Source: Bacteroidota bacterium (GTDB lineage: Bacteria > Bacteroidota > Bacteroidia > Chitinophagales > Chitinophagaceae). From it: DNA of 64,000 bases. This document shows, piece by piece, positions 39,012 to 50,281 of the stretch. The DNA lies in assembly GCA_016183765.1 (NCBI GenBank), contig JACPEA010000007.1, positions 152,076 through 216,075 on the forward strand. The letters run 5' to 3'. How positions within the stretch are numbered: the first letter of the stretch is position 1; every line of letters begins with the position of its first letter. The notes under the pieces were generated by a model. It was not told the origin of the DNA. It saw nothing but the letters and a program-made list of their open reading frames with translations, and made no database searches. The translations under genes and the position numbers were made by a program.

Positions 39012-42000
39012 ATGTCACAGCATTGTAGTTTCTTAGCTCCCAACGGCGAAAAATCATTACTCTACGCTGCTCTTGAGCAGAAAGTGGGCGCCGATAAAGC
39101 CACACAGCTCTGGAGTCTCAGTAAATCCAGAGAGTTTCAAAAGCAGTTTTCCGATGTGGAGAAAGACAGCAACGGTGAAGTGGTTGCAGATGCATTGCTG
39201 AGCGTGTTCACCAACGACAGTAAACCCACTGCAATCAGTAAAGACATCACTATTCCGCTGAGCTTCAACACAATGAACGAATTCACCAAGACCTTCGGTA
39301 AGATCGTAGAGCTGGCACGTAAAAATCCAGAGATCACTTACAAGTTCCCGTTCACACCGGCTACGAAGCTGAGTATTGAAGGTAAGCGGTACGACGGTGA
39401 TAAGCTTGCCAATCTCTTATACAGCGAAACTCTGCCAACCAATCTGGTGTTTGACCAGACTCTGCAGGCTCGTATGTTCAACCTGCCACGGGTATTCACC
39501 AAAGGATTGGTGATGGAGATTAACGATCCCCTGGAGTTCGATGAGGCAGCTATGAAGCGCCAGATGGATGACTACTTCGTACGCGTGCGGGACGATAACG
39601 GTGAGATGACCGATAAGTATTTCGACCTGGAGAAGCAGAATGAGATCATCGACATGCTGATGTACATGTTGTACAACAACTACAACCACCCTAAACTGCA
39701 GGGCCCCCGCTGGAAGGTAATTGGGAATCATAAGGACTTGATACTCCAAGGATTACAGGCGCAGTTCGAGTTCTACTCCAACCCTGAGAAATACGGTACG
39801 GAAGGTATCCTTCCCGACCAGGCCAAAGAGATCGCTGGCAACTACCGAATGGTGTTGAACGCTTTCTATACACCTGGCCAGAAGAACAACTTCTGGGAGT
39901 TCACCATCAAGGCGATGGAGGGACTCGGCTTCCGGGTCAAGGGGCCACTGGATACAAAGACCAACGACATTGAGGAGACCAGTGATGAAGAGATACAGGA
40001 ATCCAACGGTCAGTCACTGCGTGACTGGTACAGCAGCTCCTTTGAGCTGGATCCCCGGGACACTGCCAGTGTACGGATGAAGATGTTCCTGATGTCCATT
40101 GAGAAGAGTAAGATAGGTGACGAACTCAAGCCCCGGCAGATCAGCCTGGCATTCAACAATGAGGACACCCGGCGGAAGATCATCACCAAGGAAAAGCAGT
40201 TCACCATCCGTGCTGCAGATACGGTAGCCAAGCACCTCAAGCTTACTGCGTTATCCGGATTGCCACTGGAGATGTCAGGTACTGAGCGTAACCGTCGTTC
40301 AGAGGCCATCGCTACCATTGAAGCTTCCAAAGCTCCCACTACCGTGGTACGCGCTACCGCAACCCACGTGATCAATGCTGAAGAGGCAGAGCAGTTCCGC
40401 GAACAGATGGAAGCGGAGGAAGGCTATACACCTAAAGCCGGAGATGTGTTCATCAAGCTGGAACATTACCAACAGCGAAAGAACATCTTGAGCGTGGAGA
40501 AGAATATCATGGGCACACCTAAGCTGGCCGGATTCGACAGTGTATTCATGGATATGGTTTCGCTGTTGGCTGACCGTAAGCCTGGTTACAGTGGATACCT
40601 CAAGGCACTGCAGGAGAGTGGTAAGCCTGAACTGATGCGTGCAGCCCAGAAGCTGGAGGCAGCTCCCAAGCATATTCAGAACGAATTTGTTGCGGTGATG
40701 TCCAAGCAATACCAGCAGATGATGATGATACTGTTCCGTAAATCCTTCAACGGATTCCTGGAAGGTCGTGTCATCAACGCCAACCGGGCCAGCGAGGTCG
40801 ACACACTTATTTCTCAGTGGAAAGAGAATCAGAAAGCCAGTCCCATTCTGAATCGGGACGAGGCTGGTATCGTACGGGTAGACCGTAGAATTGCTGAGGG
40901 CTTTTACGAAACCCTGAAAGAACTGCAGGAGCGGCAGATCACCAATGCCCGGGAGCGTGCCAAGCTGGACGAGGACTGGTTCGACCTGTTCAAAGCGGTA
41001 CTGGAGGATAACGGTATCAACCTTTCTGATCAAGCCCTCAACCAGGTAAAGCAGATGGGTCCTCAACTTGGTAAGAACACCACGCTGGGTGGAGCCGGAT
41101 ACCAGGGGATCACAGCATTGCTTATCAAGCGTTTGTATATAGGCGCCGGAGAAGTCACCGTACAGCAGGGCGAGGATGAGTTCGGAGAGGAAGCTGATAT
41201 TGAGCCCTTCAAGGTCAACAACCCACTGTACACAGAGGGTACCGCTATGCGGATCCTGGCTAACATTGAAGCCAACTACACCGATAACCTGCATTCACAG
41301 ACCTTACGTAACTCTGAAGGTAAGACCATCTATGCCTACGGCCTCAACACAGCACTGTCACATGCTATTCGACAGATCACAGATGACGGGCCAGAGGGTG
41401 AAGCTTACCGTAACCGGTTTACGGCCGCCTACAACAAGGAGAGCTGGCTACTGAACTTCCTCAGGACTGGTGGTACCCAGGGACGGGGTCGATTCAAGCT
41501 GGCCTATCTGGATGGTATCAAGAACGAATTCGGAACCCGGGATGGTGTTACCAGACCAGAGATGTCCGACAGGGAACAATGGCTCACCGTGCTGTCCCTG
41601 TTCCATAACCGTGGTAACAGCCAGGCACACTACGTAAGCCTGACACACTCTGATAAGACTACCACTCCGGTGTTCCTCAATGGCCCCAGAGAGTACCAGA
41701 TATTCAATCTGCGGGAAGGTAAACACGTGTACTCCAAGAACATACTGGATAAGGTTGTCAATCATGTATTCATCGCTGAGTACAATCGTATCCGGGAATC
41801 ACAGAAGAAGCAGGCAGAGGGCGGTGCATACGACCTGAAGAACTACAACGAAGGCAGTAAATACTTCTACGCTCTACCACTGTTCAACTATGAGAACATG
41901 GTTTCGCTGCAGCAGAAAGGTGCGCTGAGCCCTGAGGATGTGAAAGCCATCTGGGTCAGCGAGAGCAAGCTGAACGACCAAACCCACCCGCTGTTCAGTG

Positions 42001-45000
42001 CGGTGGTGCGTAAACTGATCGCCATGCAGCTGACAGCCATGACCAGCGAAACCATGGACTCCTGGCAGAGATCTGGTTTACTGGAGGCTGGTCTGCCGGG
42101 CACAGACTTTTACCTGAATCGGCTCATGCGTAATGCCGGCTATGTGAACAACGACGGTAAGTACAGTGATAAGGCATGGGTGAACGATAACGAAAAGCCT
42201 GTGGATCCGGAAACAGTGAAATCACTGAAGACCAGGCTTGCCGCAGCTGAGTATACAGTCAACAGTTTCCTGTTCAATGTATCCGGTTCCCAACTATTCT
42301 ACGGAGACCCGGCATTGGCCTGGAAAGGAAGCATCAATAAGACCCTGATCGAATACGGTAAACGTCTGGCCAAGGATATCGCTCCGGGTACCGACGGCAA
42401 CTGGGAAGGGAACTCAACTTACAACGCGGTTACCATTGAGGAATACACACCACTGGTGGAGGAACTGAAAGGTATCCCGGGTTATGAATCCGCGGTAGAG
42501 GGCTCAGATGCGGCCGAACTGACCACAGTGAAAGAACAGCTGGACGTACTGTTTGCGCTTGGTAAAAACATCACGCAGGAACAGTACGAACGGGCAATAG
42601 ATATCATTAACCACCCTGACGAGAACGGATACTACAGCTTTGAAGCTGATCCTGAACTGGACAGGCTGGTGAGGGAGAATATCACACTGCAGATAGATAA
42701 GCCGGTCGTAGCCGGACTAATGGAAACACAGGACGGTGTTATGCGTTACGACTACGTGAAATCAGCCTCTATGGCTCTGTATCCGCCGATGATCGCTGGA
42801 ATGGAGCTGGACAAGCTTCGCAAGGCCATGGAAGCTGGCAACGTACAGCGAGTCAACTTCTCCACAGCGAAGAAACTGGGAGCTCCGGCCGTGAAGCTTT
42901 CCATCTTCAATGCAGATAATACCATCAATGAAAAGGCATTCCAGTCCTCGGCCTGGACAGGAAAGAGTACCAATGGCGCTACTGTTCCCTCTGCCCGTCA
43001 GGTAATGAACAGAGACAATTTCAGGATACAGCAGGATGTTCCCTATGATGCCACCAAGGAAGAGATACGCATGGTTTCACAGATGAACAAGCTGATCGCA
43101 GAGAGTATCGCCACCATCCGACATCCGTTCAAGTTTGAGGGAGCTGAGTATACTGGTCAACAGATACGCGACATCAAGGAAGACATTCGCAAGAAGCTCA
43201 TCACCATCGCCCACCAGCGATTCCTGGACGAGATCGGCGCCACGGAGAAGGATGGTACTATCACAGTAAGCAATCGTAAAAAACTGTACGAGCGGTTAAA
43301 GGCCAGCGTGCTGTCAACCAAAGGTTACAGCCTGAACGATACTGCCGCCATACAGTCCTTCGTCAACAACAGTGACGAGCTTACGCTGCCGCTGATCTTT
43401 ACACCATCAGCCGGCAAATTCGAATCGTTGTTGATGAGTATGATCAAAGATGTTACCAGCATGAAGATGCCTGGTAAATCCTATGTACAGGCATCACCTG
43501 CCGGTTTCAAGCTGATGAAGACCTGGGAAGAAAGCAATCTTGACCGCAACAATATTGTATGGACCAAACCTTTCACAGGTAACCTGCAGACTGCACACAT
43601 CGGGGAAGATGGACGGGTTGTACCGGCTCAGGTACTGGTAAGCTTCAACTACTTTACCAAGAACGGTCAGCGAATCGATATCCGCAAGTTCATCAAAGAG
43701 GTGGACGGTAAGAAGATGATCGATACCGATAAGCTTCTGCCGGAACTGTTCCAGTTGATCGGAGCCCGTATCCCCAACCAGAAGCACTCATCCATGCTGC
43801 CTATCGAGATCGTAGGCTTCCTGCCTGAGACCATGGCTGACACCATTGTAGTACCAGCTGGTATCACCAGGCAGATGGGTGCTGACTTCGACGTGGATAA
43901 GCTGTATACGTACAAGCGTTCCTACCAACAGACCGGAGATCAGCTGAGTGTTGCAGGCACCACTGAAGCGGATACCGATGAGGAGGTCTACCTGAAGAAC
44001 CGGTACTTCGATATTCACTGGTCAGTATTGACCAATCCGGAGATGCTTCCCCGCATGATGAGTCCGCTGGATATAGATGACCTGAAAGCGGAAGCTGAGA
44101 AACGTGCTAAGAAGGGAGTCGACTATTACTTTGGCCCTACCTATCAGCTCAATGACTTCCAGAGCATGAAAGATGCCAAGCGCGGTGTGGGTAGTTCCTC
44201 ACTGGCTGTGACAAACAATGCTGTTGTCCAGGACAAGAACCTGTGGTTAGGCACCATGGAGATCGATGAGGAGACTGGTGATGTACGCCATATTTCTAAG
44301 CCTATCACCATTAACGGTGTGGAGTATACCCACTTATCCGGGTATGCAAATACTTTGGAGAAAAGAACCAAGACCGATACCCTGGTAAACATCCAGTCAG
44401 AGTTCGTGGATAACGCCAGAAACCGGGTAGTTGGTTCACTCAACCTGAATTCCTTCACAACAGATGCAGCGTATGCAATGAGTCGTCTGCAGACTCTGGA
44501 TAGCCACGCAATGAATGCCGACGGGACATCGGAACTGACGCCCGGACAGGCCATCAGCAGCAAAGAAATCGTAGACTTACTGACGCAACCGATTATCATC
44601 GAGTATGCTGCCCGCATGGCACGGCAATCAGACTCCCTGTCTTCAGCCTCAGCGAATGCTCAGCAGGTGGTATATGAGGCGCTGGCTAAGGACTACGCAC
44701 AGGATGCTCCCCAGCTCGAACACCTGAACCTGTTTAAAGCACTGGATGAGATCGGCCAGCAGTTGACAACCCTGCAGACCCTGACCACTACTGATACCCG
44801 CGGTGCCGGTAAGAGTCTCTTGGACACCCTATCGCTGGCAGAGAAAAGATCACGGTTAGGCGTCAACGCTTACGAATACAAGATCCAGGGAATGGGGACT
44901 GTGTTCTTTAACAACGAAGCAGAGACCGAGGTAGGTGCGTTATACCGTATGGGTAACGAGACAGCTATCAAAGTGTTCTCAGCAGATCTGCCATATCAGA

Positions 45001-48000
45001 AACTGACCTCAGTATTCGATATCGTGCGCAGACAGTCAGGTAGAGAAGAATTGGGCCGGGAACTGAAAGAGACACTGTTCGACGGGCTGCGTTCTTACGT
45101 GTTCGGCAGTTCCAGGTTACAGTTATGGTCTGACGCCTATAAGGAGCGTATACGCCTGTTGTTCAATATCAATGGTAACGACAGCCTGGCTAAACGGGTT
45201 GCCCAGGCCAAGGAGAGCTGGGGAAAGCACAACTATTTCCTGCAGCGGCTGCATACGCAGATAGACCCCACGGAACTGAAGCCTGACCTGATCAAGTATG
45301 AAGCCAGTAAGGCGCTGCAGTTGGATGACGAGGAGAATGTTCGTGGCTGGCTGAATCTGCTGTCGTCCGCTGATGAGGAGCAGAAGCGGCTGGGTGAGGA
45401 TCTCATCCGGTACTCTTACCTGACCGGTGGATTACAGAGCGCTGACAACTTCGTCAAGTATATCCCGTTCTCCTACATCAGCGGAACCCAGATCGGGCAT
45501 GAGCTGAGAAATGTACATGCACGACTGGAGGAACATGCAAATAATCCTGTATTCATTGAACAGTTCTTTCAGCACAACCCCATGTATACAAAGCAACTGG
45601 GTGCAAAGCTCAAAGAATCCGGAGTTGAATACGAAACGGCCCCAGACAGCTTCAAGCTGCCAGGCTTGTCAGATTCTACCGAGAACCCTGCATCAAACCT
45701 GGTCGTAAGGGTGAGGATAGGTAGCAAAGAGGTCAATGCTTATCCCAATTACCTGTCTTACCGGGACGGAAAGCAATGGGTACTCTATAAAAAGCGCAGC
45801 AGTGATTTTGATCAGCACGGTGTTAGGTATACCCGTATTGACACCCTGGGCTCCAAAACTGTCTCAGAATACAACGAGAACAGTGAGGAGCAACGTTCTG
45901 TATTCACGGAGAACCGTGCGAATAACTACGAATACATGACACCGGAGTACCGAAAGATCGAGGATCAGGATGTACACATGCTGGCATCTAAGATCGGGAT
46001 CTTCAAGAACTCCGGAAACTACAACGATATCACCCAAGCTCTGAGTGTGATCGCTGCCGATACACAGCAGCCTGATCATATCCGTGCACTGAGCAGCATG
46101 CTGGAATCTGCCAAGCGTATGTCGATTGAGGCTGACCTGTTGAAGAACTTCTCAGCGGCCAACGACCTCACCCTCTCCATTGGGAAGAATGGCCGTAGCC
46201 TGGGTACACTGGATTCTATGACCGGTGTATTGACCCTCAATCCTAAGATGCATTCTTCCAAGCAGGAACTGGCCGGTACGCTGTTACATGAGCTGCTACA
46301 TTATCATACAGCTTTCACACTGACAGCGCTGGAAGATGAGAGCGTATGGGCTACACGCGGAATATCTGCCAGGTCACAGGCAAGTCTGCGGAAGATCCGG
46401 GAACAGCTTGCTGATACGGATATTGCAGAAAAGGCGGCACAGCTGACCGACCTGCGTAAGATAGCGCTGGACAAACTCCGCAACGAGGTCATTGCTAAAG
46501 AGGGAGTCGACGGTTGGGCCAAACGTCAGGCAGAAGTTAGCAGCGGTACTATCAACGGACAGTATTCGCATCTGCTTTATGGCCTGTCCAGCAATACAGA
46601 ATTCATTACACACCTGTTCACGGATGGAGCCGTTATCGAATACCTGAACAACATCCCTCACAGCGAAAAGAAATCACTGTTGGGCCGTATCCGCGACCTG
46701 ATCAGCGAACTCTGGAGCAGCCTGATGGACGCGTTGGGCGTTAGAGAGGATTCGCTGATGGAAGAGGCTGTGCATAAGGCGCTGGAGATCCTGACCTACG
46801 ATAAGGCATCAGACTTCAAGGCTGATAACAGCATGACCGGAATGGACAGCATCATCAATGCTTCTTTCAGTGATTTCTCTCCTATACAGAAGATCATCGG
46901 TAAGCTGGAAGAGCAGAAGTCCGAATTGATACGCAGCTATACCGGTGTGACCAAACGCGGGGATAGTGTGGCTATCTCCAGAAAGATACGAGCTATTGAA
47001 GCTGATATCAGGGAACTACAGGAAGACGCGGATCTGCTGCAGGTGGCCAGCATTGGTAAGCGCCAGTTAAGCTGGGTCAACTCTATTACCAACAACACTC
47101 AGGCTACAGCGAATCAACTGATGACGGCTGTACGTTTGAATGATGTGTGGAACGGAGTGATCGACCTGATCTACGGTAACGAGAGTGTAGAAGCTGATGC
47201 TGACCTGATGCAGATCCAACAGCAGGCCAACCGGAACCGGGCCAAGTTAAACGCACGTTTACGCGACTACATGACCGATATCAGCCAGGGCACCATCAAA
47301 CCGGCGGACTGGTTACCGTCTAACCTGCAGGATCTGGGTAAATACAACAGCCAGATACGCTCTATGTCATCCGCTGCTCACTCACAGGTGTTACAATACA
47401 TCTCAGGGTTCGTAGAGACCACCGGAAGACAGCGTGATGAAGAGGCCCGTCGTATCGTCAAAGCTCTGCGTAAACTGGAAAAGGACATGCTAGCACACAG
47501 CGGTGGCAAGACCCAGTTGCAGGCTCTCTACAATAAACTGATGCAACAAAATGTGGATGAGAACGATACCAAGACCTGGGGACTGGTACAACAGTACAGC
47601 TCTCAGTGGTTCTCATGGAGACAACAACAGATAGCTAAACGCAATGCTATCCTGCGTAAGTATGCCAAGGATAAAACACCAGGAGCTGATGTGACAAAGA
47701 ACATGGAGAATCGGGCTGCCAGGGCACTGGCTTGGAAGATGTACTGGAAAGAACTGAAAGACAATGCCGTACTGATAGATACCCGGGTGTTATTTAACCC
47801 TGAGACCGGAGAGCTGAATACCGGTATCGAAGACTACCTGAAATCGCTGGCAGCAGGGGTGGGAGAGGATCATGTACAGACCATCCTGGAACGTGCACAG
47901 ACCCGGTACAAAGAATACCTGAATGAGCGGGATGTGCTGTTTGAGAAACTGCAGGAAGAATTCGAACGGGGAGAGCTTACACAAGAGAAGATGGATGAAG

Positions 48001-50219
48001 AGAAGAGTGTATTCGTAGAGAATTACTCTCCTAATGCTTTCTTCGACGAGAAGAAAGGCGGTGAGTTCACCATGGGTATGAATGCAGATAAGTACATCGT
48101 TATCGCTCCCAAGGCAGCCAAGACCGAGTTTTGGGATCAGAATTATCGAGAGGTAATGCAGGATGAGCAACTAAAGAGTTTCTACAGCCGCTATAAGACG
48201 ATGATGGATACATTGCTATCCTTCCTGCCTAAAACAGTACAGGAGAATGCCGGCGCATCATTCTTGCCAGCGGTGGCCAAGTCACTGGTAGCAGATAACC
48301 TGGACATCAAAGCTTACTTCGAGAATTACTCCAAGCGTTTTGTAGAATCAGTAGCAGCCGATGGCTGGAGCGAGGCCATGAATGCCCGCGCTTACAATAA
48401 GATACCACTGGAATTTGTGGATGATACTGTACCGGTAGCTGACCGCAGCCGGGACATTATCCGCATCGCTGAGGTGTTTGCCACCATGGCCACCCACTAC
48501 CGTCACTTCTCTGCAGCGAAAGACGTGATCGAGATGGGAGAGAGTATCATCGAAGAGATACACCACGCCGAGAGTAGTGGTACCGTGCAGATGGAGCAGA
48601 ACGGTAAGATCGTGACCGTACAGAAAGGCCTGGAAAACGCGATCAAAGCCCTGCGTTACCTGAAAGAGTACAGCGTCTATCGCAAACCTAAAGCACTGGA
48701 GTTCTCTCTGGGTGGTAAGTTGTTCGCTGAGAGGACTGAGGAGGGTACCAAGTACAGCCTTAACCCGCTCACACAGACCGCCATCAGTAACAAGGTTCGG
48801 GACCTGATGGTACAGCGCGAAAAGCTGGAGAAGGAATTCTTGAACCCTGAAGGTGAGCAGATGACCGTGGAGGAATACACCAAGCAACGGGAAGCTATTG
48901 ACAAACAGTTGGAACCTTATGTAGGTTACACACTGTACGGAAGTAAGGTGGGTGACAAACTGATCGGTATCAACCAGCTCAAAGCGTTAGCCTTCAACCC
49001 TTTCTCTGCAGTTGCCAACGTAAGCTTCGGTCTGCTGTCAGTTTACATCCATGCCAGCGGACGTCAGGATTTCACCCGCGGTGAGGTCAACCAGGCCTTT
49101 AAGAAGTTGTTGAATCTGCCGGGATCCGCTGAACAGGAAAAGATCATGAACCTGATGGAGCGTCTGGGCATCATGGGGGATATCGTGGACAGCCATTACG
49201 GCCGGGTACCACAGAACCGGGATAACATACCGACCTGGAAGAAGCTGGCCGACCCCTTCCAACTGATGCGTAGTTCTGACTTCTTCATGAAGGGGGTAAC
49301 TACTGTGGCCCATCTGCTGCACCAGAAGATCGAGGTAGAGACCGCTGAGGGTAAACAAACCATTCCGCTGTACGATGCTTTCAATACAGACGGCGAATGG
49401 GATACTAAGAAATACGGAGAGCGGCCGGAGTGGTCTTCCAAGGACATGCAGGAGCAAAAAGCCTTTGATAAACTGCGGAACAGGGTCATACGCCTGAATA
49501 TGATCATACACGGTAACCAGGATAAGAACTCACCGAAGCTTCTCAATAAGAGCGTGGTGGGCCGACTGATCGGTCAGTTCCGACTGAGCTGGTTACCGGA
49601 AGGCTGGTACAACCGATTCCAGGATGAACACTTTGATCAGCAACTGGGAAGAGCTGTGAAAGGACGTTACCGTACCATTGGCCAGCTCGGCTGGGGAGGT
49701 AATATGATGGTACTGGGCCGATCACTACTGAATCTGATACCGGGAGTAAAAGTGGATACCTGGAGCGGCATCCCGCTCAATAACGGTAAGTCGCTTGCTG
49801 ATAGCGCTGTGGATGTGGAGAACATGCACAGGAACCTTACAGAGCTTGGGTTCTTCCTGACACTCAGTGCGGCCATCCTGTCGCTGAGGTACCTGGGAGG
49901 GGATGATGAAGATAAGGTTGCCGATGGAGCCATGAAGATCCTGATCAACCAGCTTATCCGCGGTAAGCAGGATATCGACTTCTACGTATCCCCAAGCGTG
50001 TTCGACACGGTAACCCGGGACTTCATCCCAGCGAGCAATGTCATCAAGGACTATATGAAACTGGTCAAAGCCACAGGTAAACTGATGCTGGACGATGACT
50101 ACGAGTTCTCTGAGTGGATGTTGAAAATGACCAAAGCTGGTCTGCCGATTCCGGAAGCTGCGCTGGTTAATAAGGTGAAGTTCATGATGACCAAGAACTT
50201 GGATGACATGCAGAATTAA
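39012..50219 (+). CDS. Giant virion-packaged two-barrel DNA-dependent RNA polymerase polyprotein (3735 aa)
   Basis: Catalytic DFDVD (aa 1625-1629, nt 43884-43898) in the context TRQMGADFDVDKLY; upstream FRIQQDVP and IGARIPNQKHSSM; HELLH zincin motif at aa 2426-2430; N-terminal C..LAPNG.KS.L motif. Confidence 0.88.
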   Translation: MSQHCSFLAPNGEKSLLYAALEQKVGADKATQLWSLSKSREFQKQFSDVEKDSNGEVVADALLSVFTNDSKPTAISKDITIPLSFNTMNEFTKTFGKIVELARKNPEITYKFPFTPATKLSIEGKRYDGDKLANLLYSETLPTNLVFDQTLQARMFNLPRVFTKGLVMEINDPLEFDEAAMKRQMDDYFVRVRDDNGEMTDKYFDLEKQNEIIDMLMYMLYNNYNHPKLQGPRWKVIGNHKDLILQGLQAQFEFYSNPEKYGTEGILPDQAKEIAGNYRMVLNAFYTPGQKNNFWEFTIKAMEGLGFRVKGPLDTKTNDIEETSDEEIQESNGQSLRDWYSSSFELDPRDTASVRMKMFLMSIEKSKIGDELKPRQISLAFNNEDTRRKIITKEKQFTIRAADTVAKHLKLTALSGLPLEMSGTERNRRSEAIATIEASKAPTTVVRATATHVINAEEAEQFREQMEAEEGYTPKAGDVFIKLEHYQQRKNILSVEKNIMGTPKLAGFDSVFMDMVSLLADRKPGYSGYLKALQESGKPELMRAAQKLEAAPKHIQNEFVAVMSKQYQQMMMILFRKSFNGFLEGRVINANRASEVDTLISQWKENQKASPILNRDEAGIVRVDRRIAEGFYETLKELQERQITNARERAKLDEDWFDLFKAVLEDNGINLSDQALNQVKQMGPQLGKNTTLGGAGYQGITALLIKRLYIGAGEVTVQQGEDEFGEEADIEPFKVNNPLYTEGTAMRILANIEANYTDNLHSQTLRNSEGKTIYAYGLNTALSHAIRQITDDGPEGEAYRNRFTAAYNKESWLLNFLRTGGTQGRGRFKLAYLDGIKNEFGTRDGVTRPEMSDREQWLTVLSLFHNRGNSQAHYVSLTHSDKTTTPVFLNGPREYQIFNLREGKHVYSKNILDKVVNHVFIAEYNRIRESQKKQAEGGAYDLKNYNEGSKYFYALPLFNYENMVSLQQKGALSPEDVKAIWVSESKLNDQTHPLFSAVVRKLIAMQLTAMTSETMDSWQRSGLLEAGLPGTDFYLNRLMRNAGYVNNDGKYSDKAWVNDNEKPVDPETVKSLKTRLAAAEYTVNSFLFNVSGSQLFYGDPALAWKGSINKTLIEYGKRLAKDIAPGTDGNWEGNSTYNAVTIEEYTPLVEELKGIPGYESAVEGSDAAELTTVKEQLDVLFALGKNITQEQYERAIDIINHPDENGYYSFEADPELDRLVRENITLQIDKPVVAGLMETQDGVMRYDYVKSASMALYPPMIAGMELDKLRKAMEAGNVQRVNFSTAKKLGAPAVKLSIFNADNTINEKAFQSSAWTGKSTNGATVPSARQVMNRDNFRIQQDVPYDATKEEIRMVSQMNKLIAESIATIRHPFKFEGAEYTGQQIRDIKEDIRKKLITIAHQRFLDEIGATEKDGTITVSNRKKLYERLKASVLSTKGYSLNDTAAIQSFVNNSDELTLPLIFTPSAGKFESLLMSMIKDVTSMKMPGKSYVQASPAGFKLMKTWEESNLDRNNIVWTKPFTGNLQTAHIGEDGRVVPAQVLVSFNYFTKNGQRIDIRKFIKEVDGKKMIDTDKLLPELFQLIGARIPNQKHSSMLPIEIVGFLPETMADTIVVPAGITRQMGADFDVDKLYTYKRSYQQTGDQLSVAGTTEADTDEEVYLKNRYFDIHWSVLTNPEMLPRMMSPLDIDDLKAEAEKRAKKGVDYYFGPTYQLNDFQSMKDAKRGVGSSSLAVTNNAVVQDKNLWLGTMEIDEETGDVRHISKPITINGVEYTHLSGYANTLEKRTKTDTLVNIQSEFVDNARNRVVGSLNLNSFTTDAAYAMSRLQTLDSHAMNADGTSELTPGQAISSKEIVDLLTQPIIIEYAARMARQSDSLSSASANAQQVVYEALAKDYAQDAPQLEHLNLFKALDEIGQQLTTLQTLTTTDTRGAGKSLLDTLSLAEKRSRLGVNAYEYKIQGMGTVFFNNEAETEVGALYRMGNETAIKVFSADLPYQKLTSVFDIVRRQSGREELGRELKETLFDGLRSYVFGSSRLQLWSDAYKERIRLLFNINGNDSLAKRVAQAKESWGKHNYFLQRLHTQIDPTELKPDLIKYEASKALQLDDEENVRGWLNLLSSADEEQKRLGEDLIRYSYLTGGLQSADNFVKYIPFSYISGTQIGHELRNVHARLEEHANNPVFIEQFFQHNPMYTKQLGAKLKESGVEYETAPDSFKLPGLSDSTENPASNLVVRVRIGSKEVNAYPNYLSYRDGKQWVLYKKRSSDFDQHGVRYTRIDTLGSKTVSEYNENSEEQRSVFTENRANNYEYMTPEYRKIEDQDVHMLASKIGIFKNSGNYNDITQALSVIAADTQQPDHIRALSSMLESAKRMSIEADLLKNFSAANDLTLSIGKNGRSLGTLDSMTGVLTLNPKMHSSKQELAGTLLHELLHYHTAFTLTALEDESVWATRGISARSQASLRKIREQLADTDIAEKAAQLTDLRKIALDKLRNEVIAKEGVDGWAKRQAEVSSGTINGQYSHLLYGLSSNTEFITHLFTDGAVIEYLNNIPHSEKKSLLGRIRDLISELWSSLMDALGVREDSLMEEAVHKALEILTYDKASDFKADNSMTGMDSIINASFSDFSPIQKIIGKLEEQKSELIRSYTGVTKRGDSVAISRKIRAIEADIRELQEDADLLQVASIGKRQLSWVNSITNNTQATANQLMTAVRLNDVWNGVIDLIYGNESVEADADLMQIQQQANRNRAKLNARLRDYMTDISQGTIKPADWLPSNLQDLGKYNSQIRSMSSAAHSQVLQYISGFVETTGRQRDEEARRIVKALRKLEKDMLAHSGGKTQLQALYNKLMQQNVDENDTKTWGLVQQYSSQWFSWRQQQIAKRNAILRKYAKDKTPGADVTKNMENRAARALAWKMYWKELKDNAVLIDTRVLFNPETGELNTGIEDYLKSLAAGVGEDHVQTILERAQTRYKEYLNERDVLFEKLQEEFERGELTQEKMDEEKSVFVENYSPNAFFDEKKGGEFTMGMNADKYIVIAPKAAKTEFWDQNYREVMQDEQLKSFYSRYKTMMDTLLSFLPKTVQENAGASFLPAVAKSLVADNLDIKAYFENYSKRFVESVAADGWSEAMNARAYNKIPLEFVDDTVPVADRSRDIIRIAEVFATMATHYRHFSAAKDVIEMGESIIEEIHHAESSGTVQMEQNGKIVTVQKGLENAIKALRYLKEYSVYRKPKALEFSLGGKLFAERTEEGTKYSLNPLTQTAISNKVRDLMVQREKLEKEFLNPEGEQMTVEEYTKQREAIDKQLEPYVGYTLYGSKVGDKLIGINQLKALAFNPFSAVANVSFGLLSVYIHASGRQDFTRGEVNQAFKKLLNLPGSAEQEKIMNLMERLGIMGDIVDSHYGRVPQNRDNIPTWKKLADPFQLMRSSDFFMKGVTTVAHLLHQKIEVETAEGKQTIPLYDAFNTDGEWDTKKYGERPEWSSKDMQEQKAFDKLRNRVIRLNMIIHGNQDKNSPKLLNKSVVGRLIGQFRLSWLPEGWYNRFQDEHFDQQLGRAVKGRYRTIGQLGWGGNMMVLGRSLLNLIPGVKVDTWSGIPLNNGKSLADSAVDVENMHRNLTELGFFLTLSAAILSLRYLGGDDEDKVADGAMKILINQLIRGKQDIDFYVSPSVFDTVTRDFIPASNVIKDYMKLVKATGKLMLDDDYEFSEWMLKMTKAGLPIPEAALVNKVKFMMTKNLDDMQN

Positions 50220-50281
50220 CCGCTTACAAGCTGCATAGTATACAAAATAAGGGTTGAGAGTGCAAGGTACTTTTACGTACT

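Noticed and set aside
39012-50219. Giant ORF as an NRPS/PKS, RTX/MARTX toxin or N4-type virion RNAP
   Set aside because: There are no adenylation, ketosynthase or RTX motifs. The DFDxD two-barrel motif differs from the T7-like motifs of N4 vRNAP.
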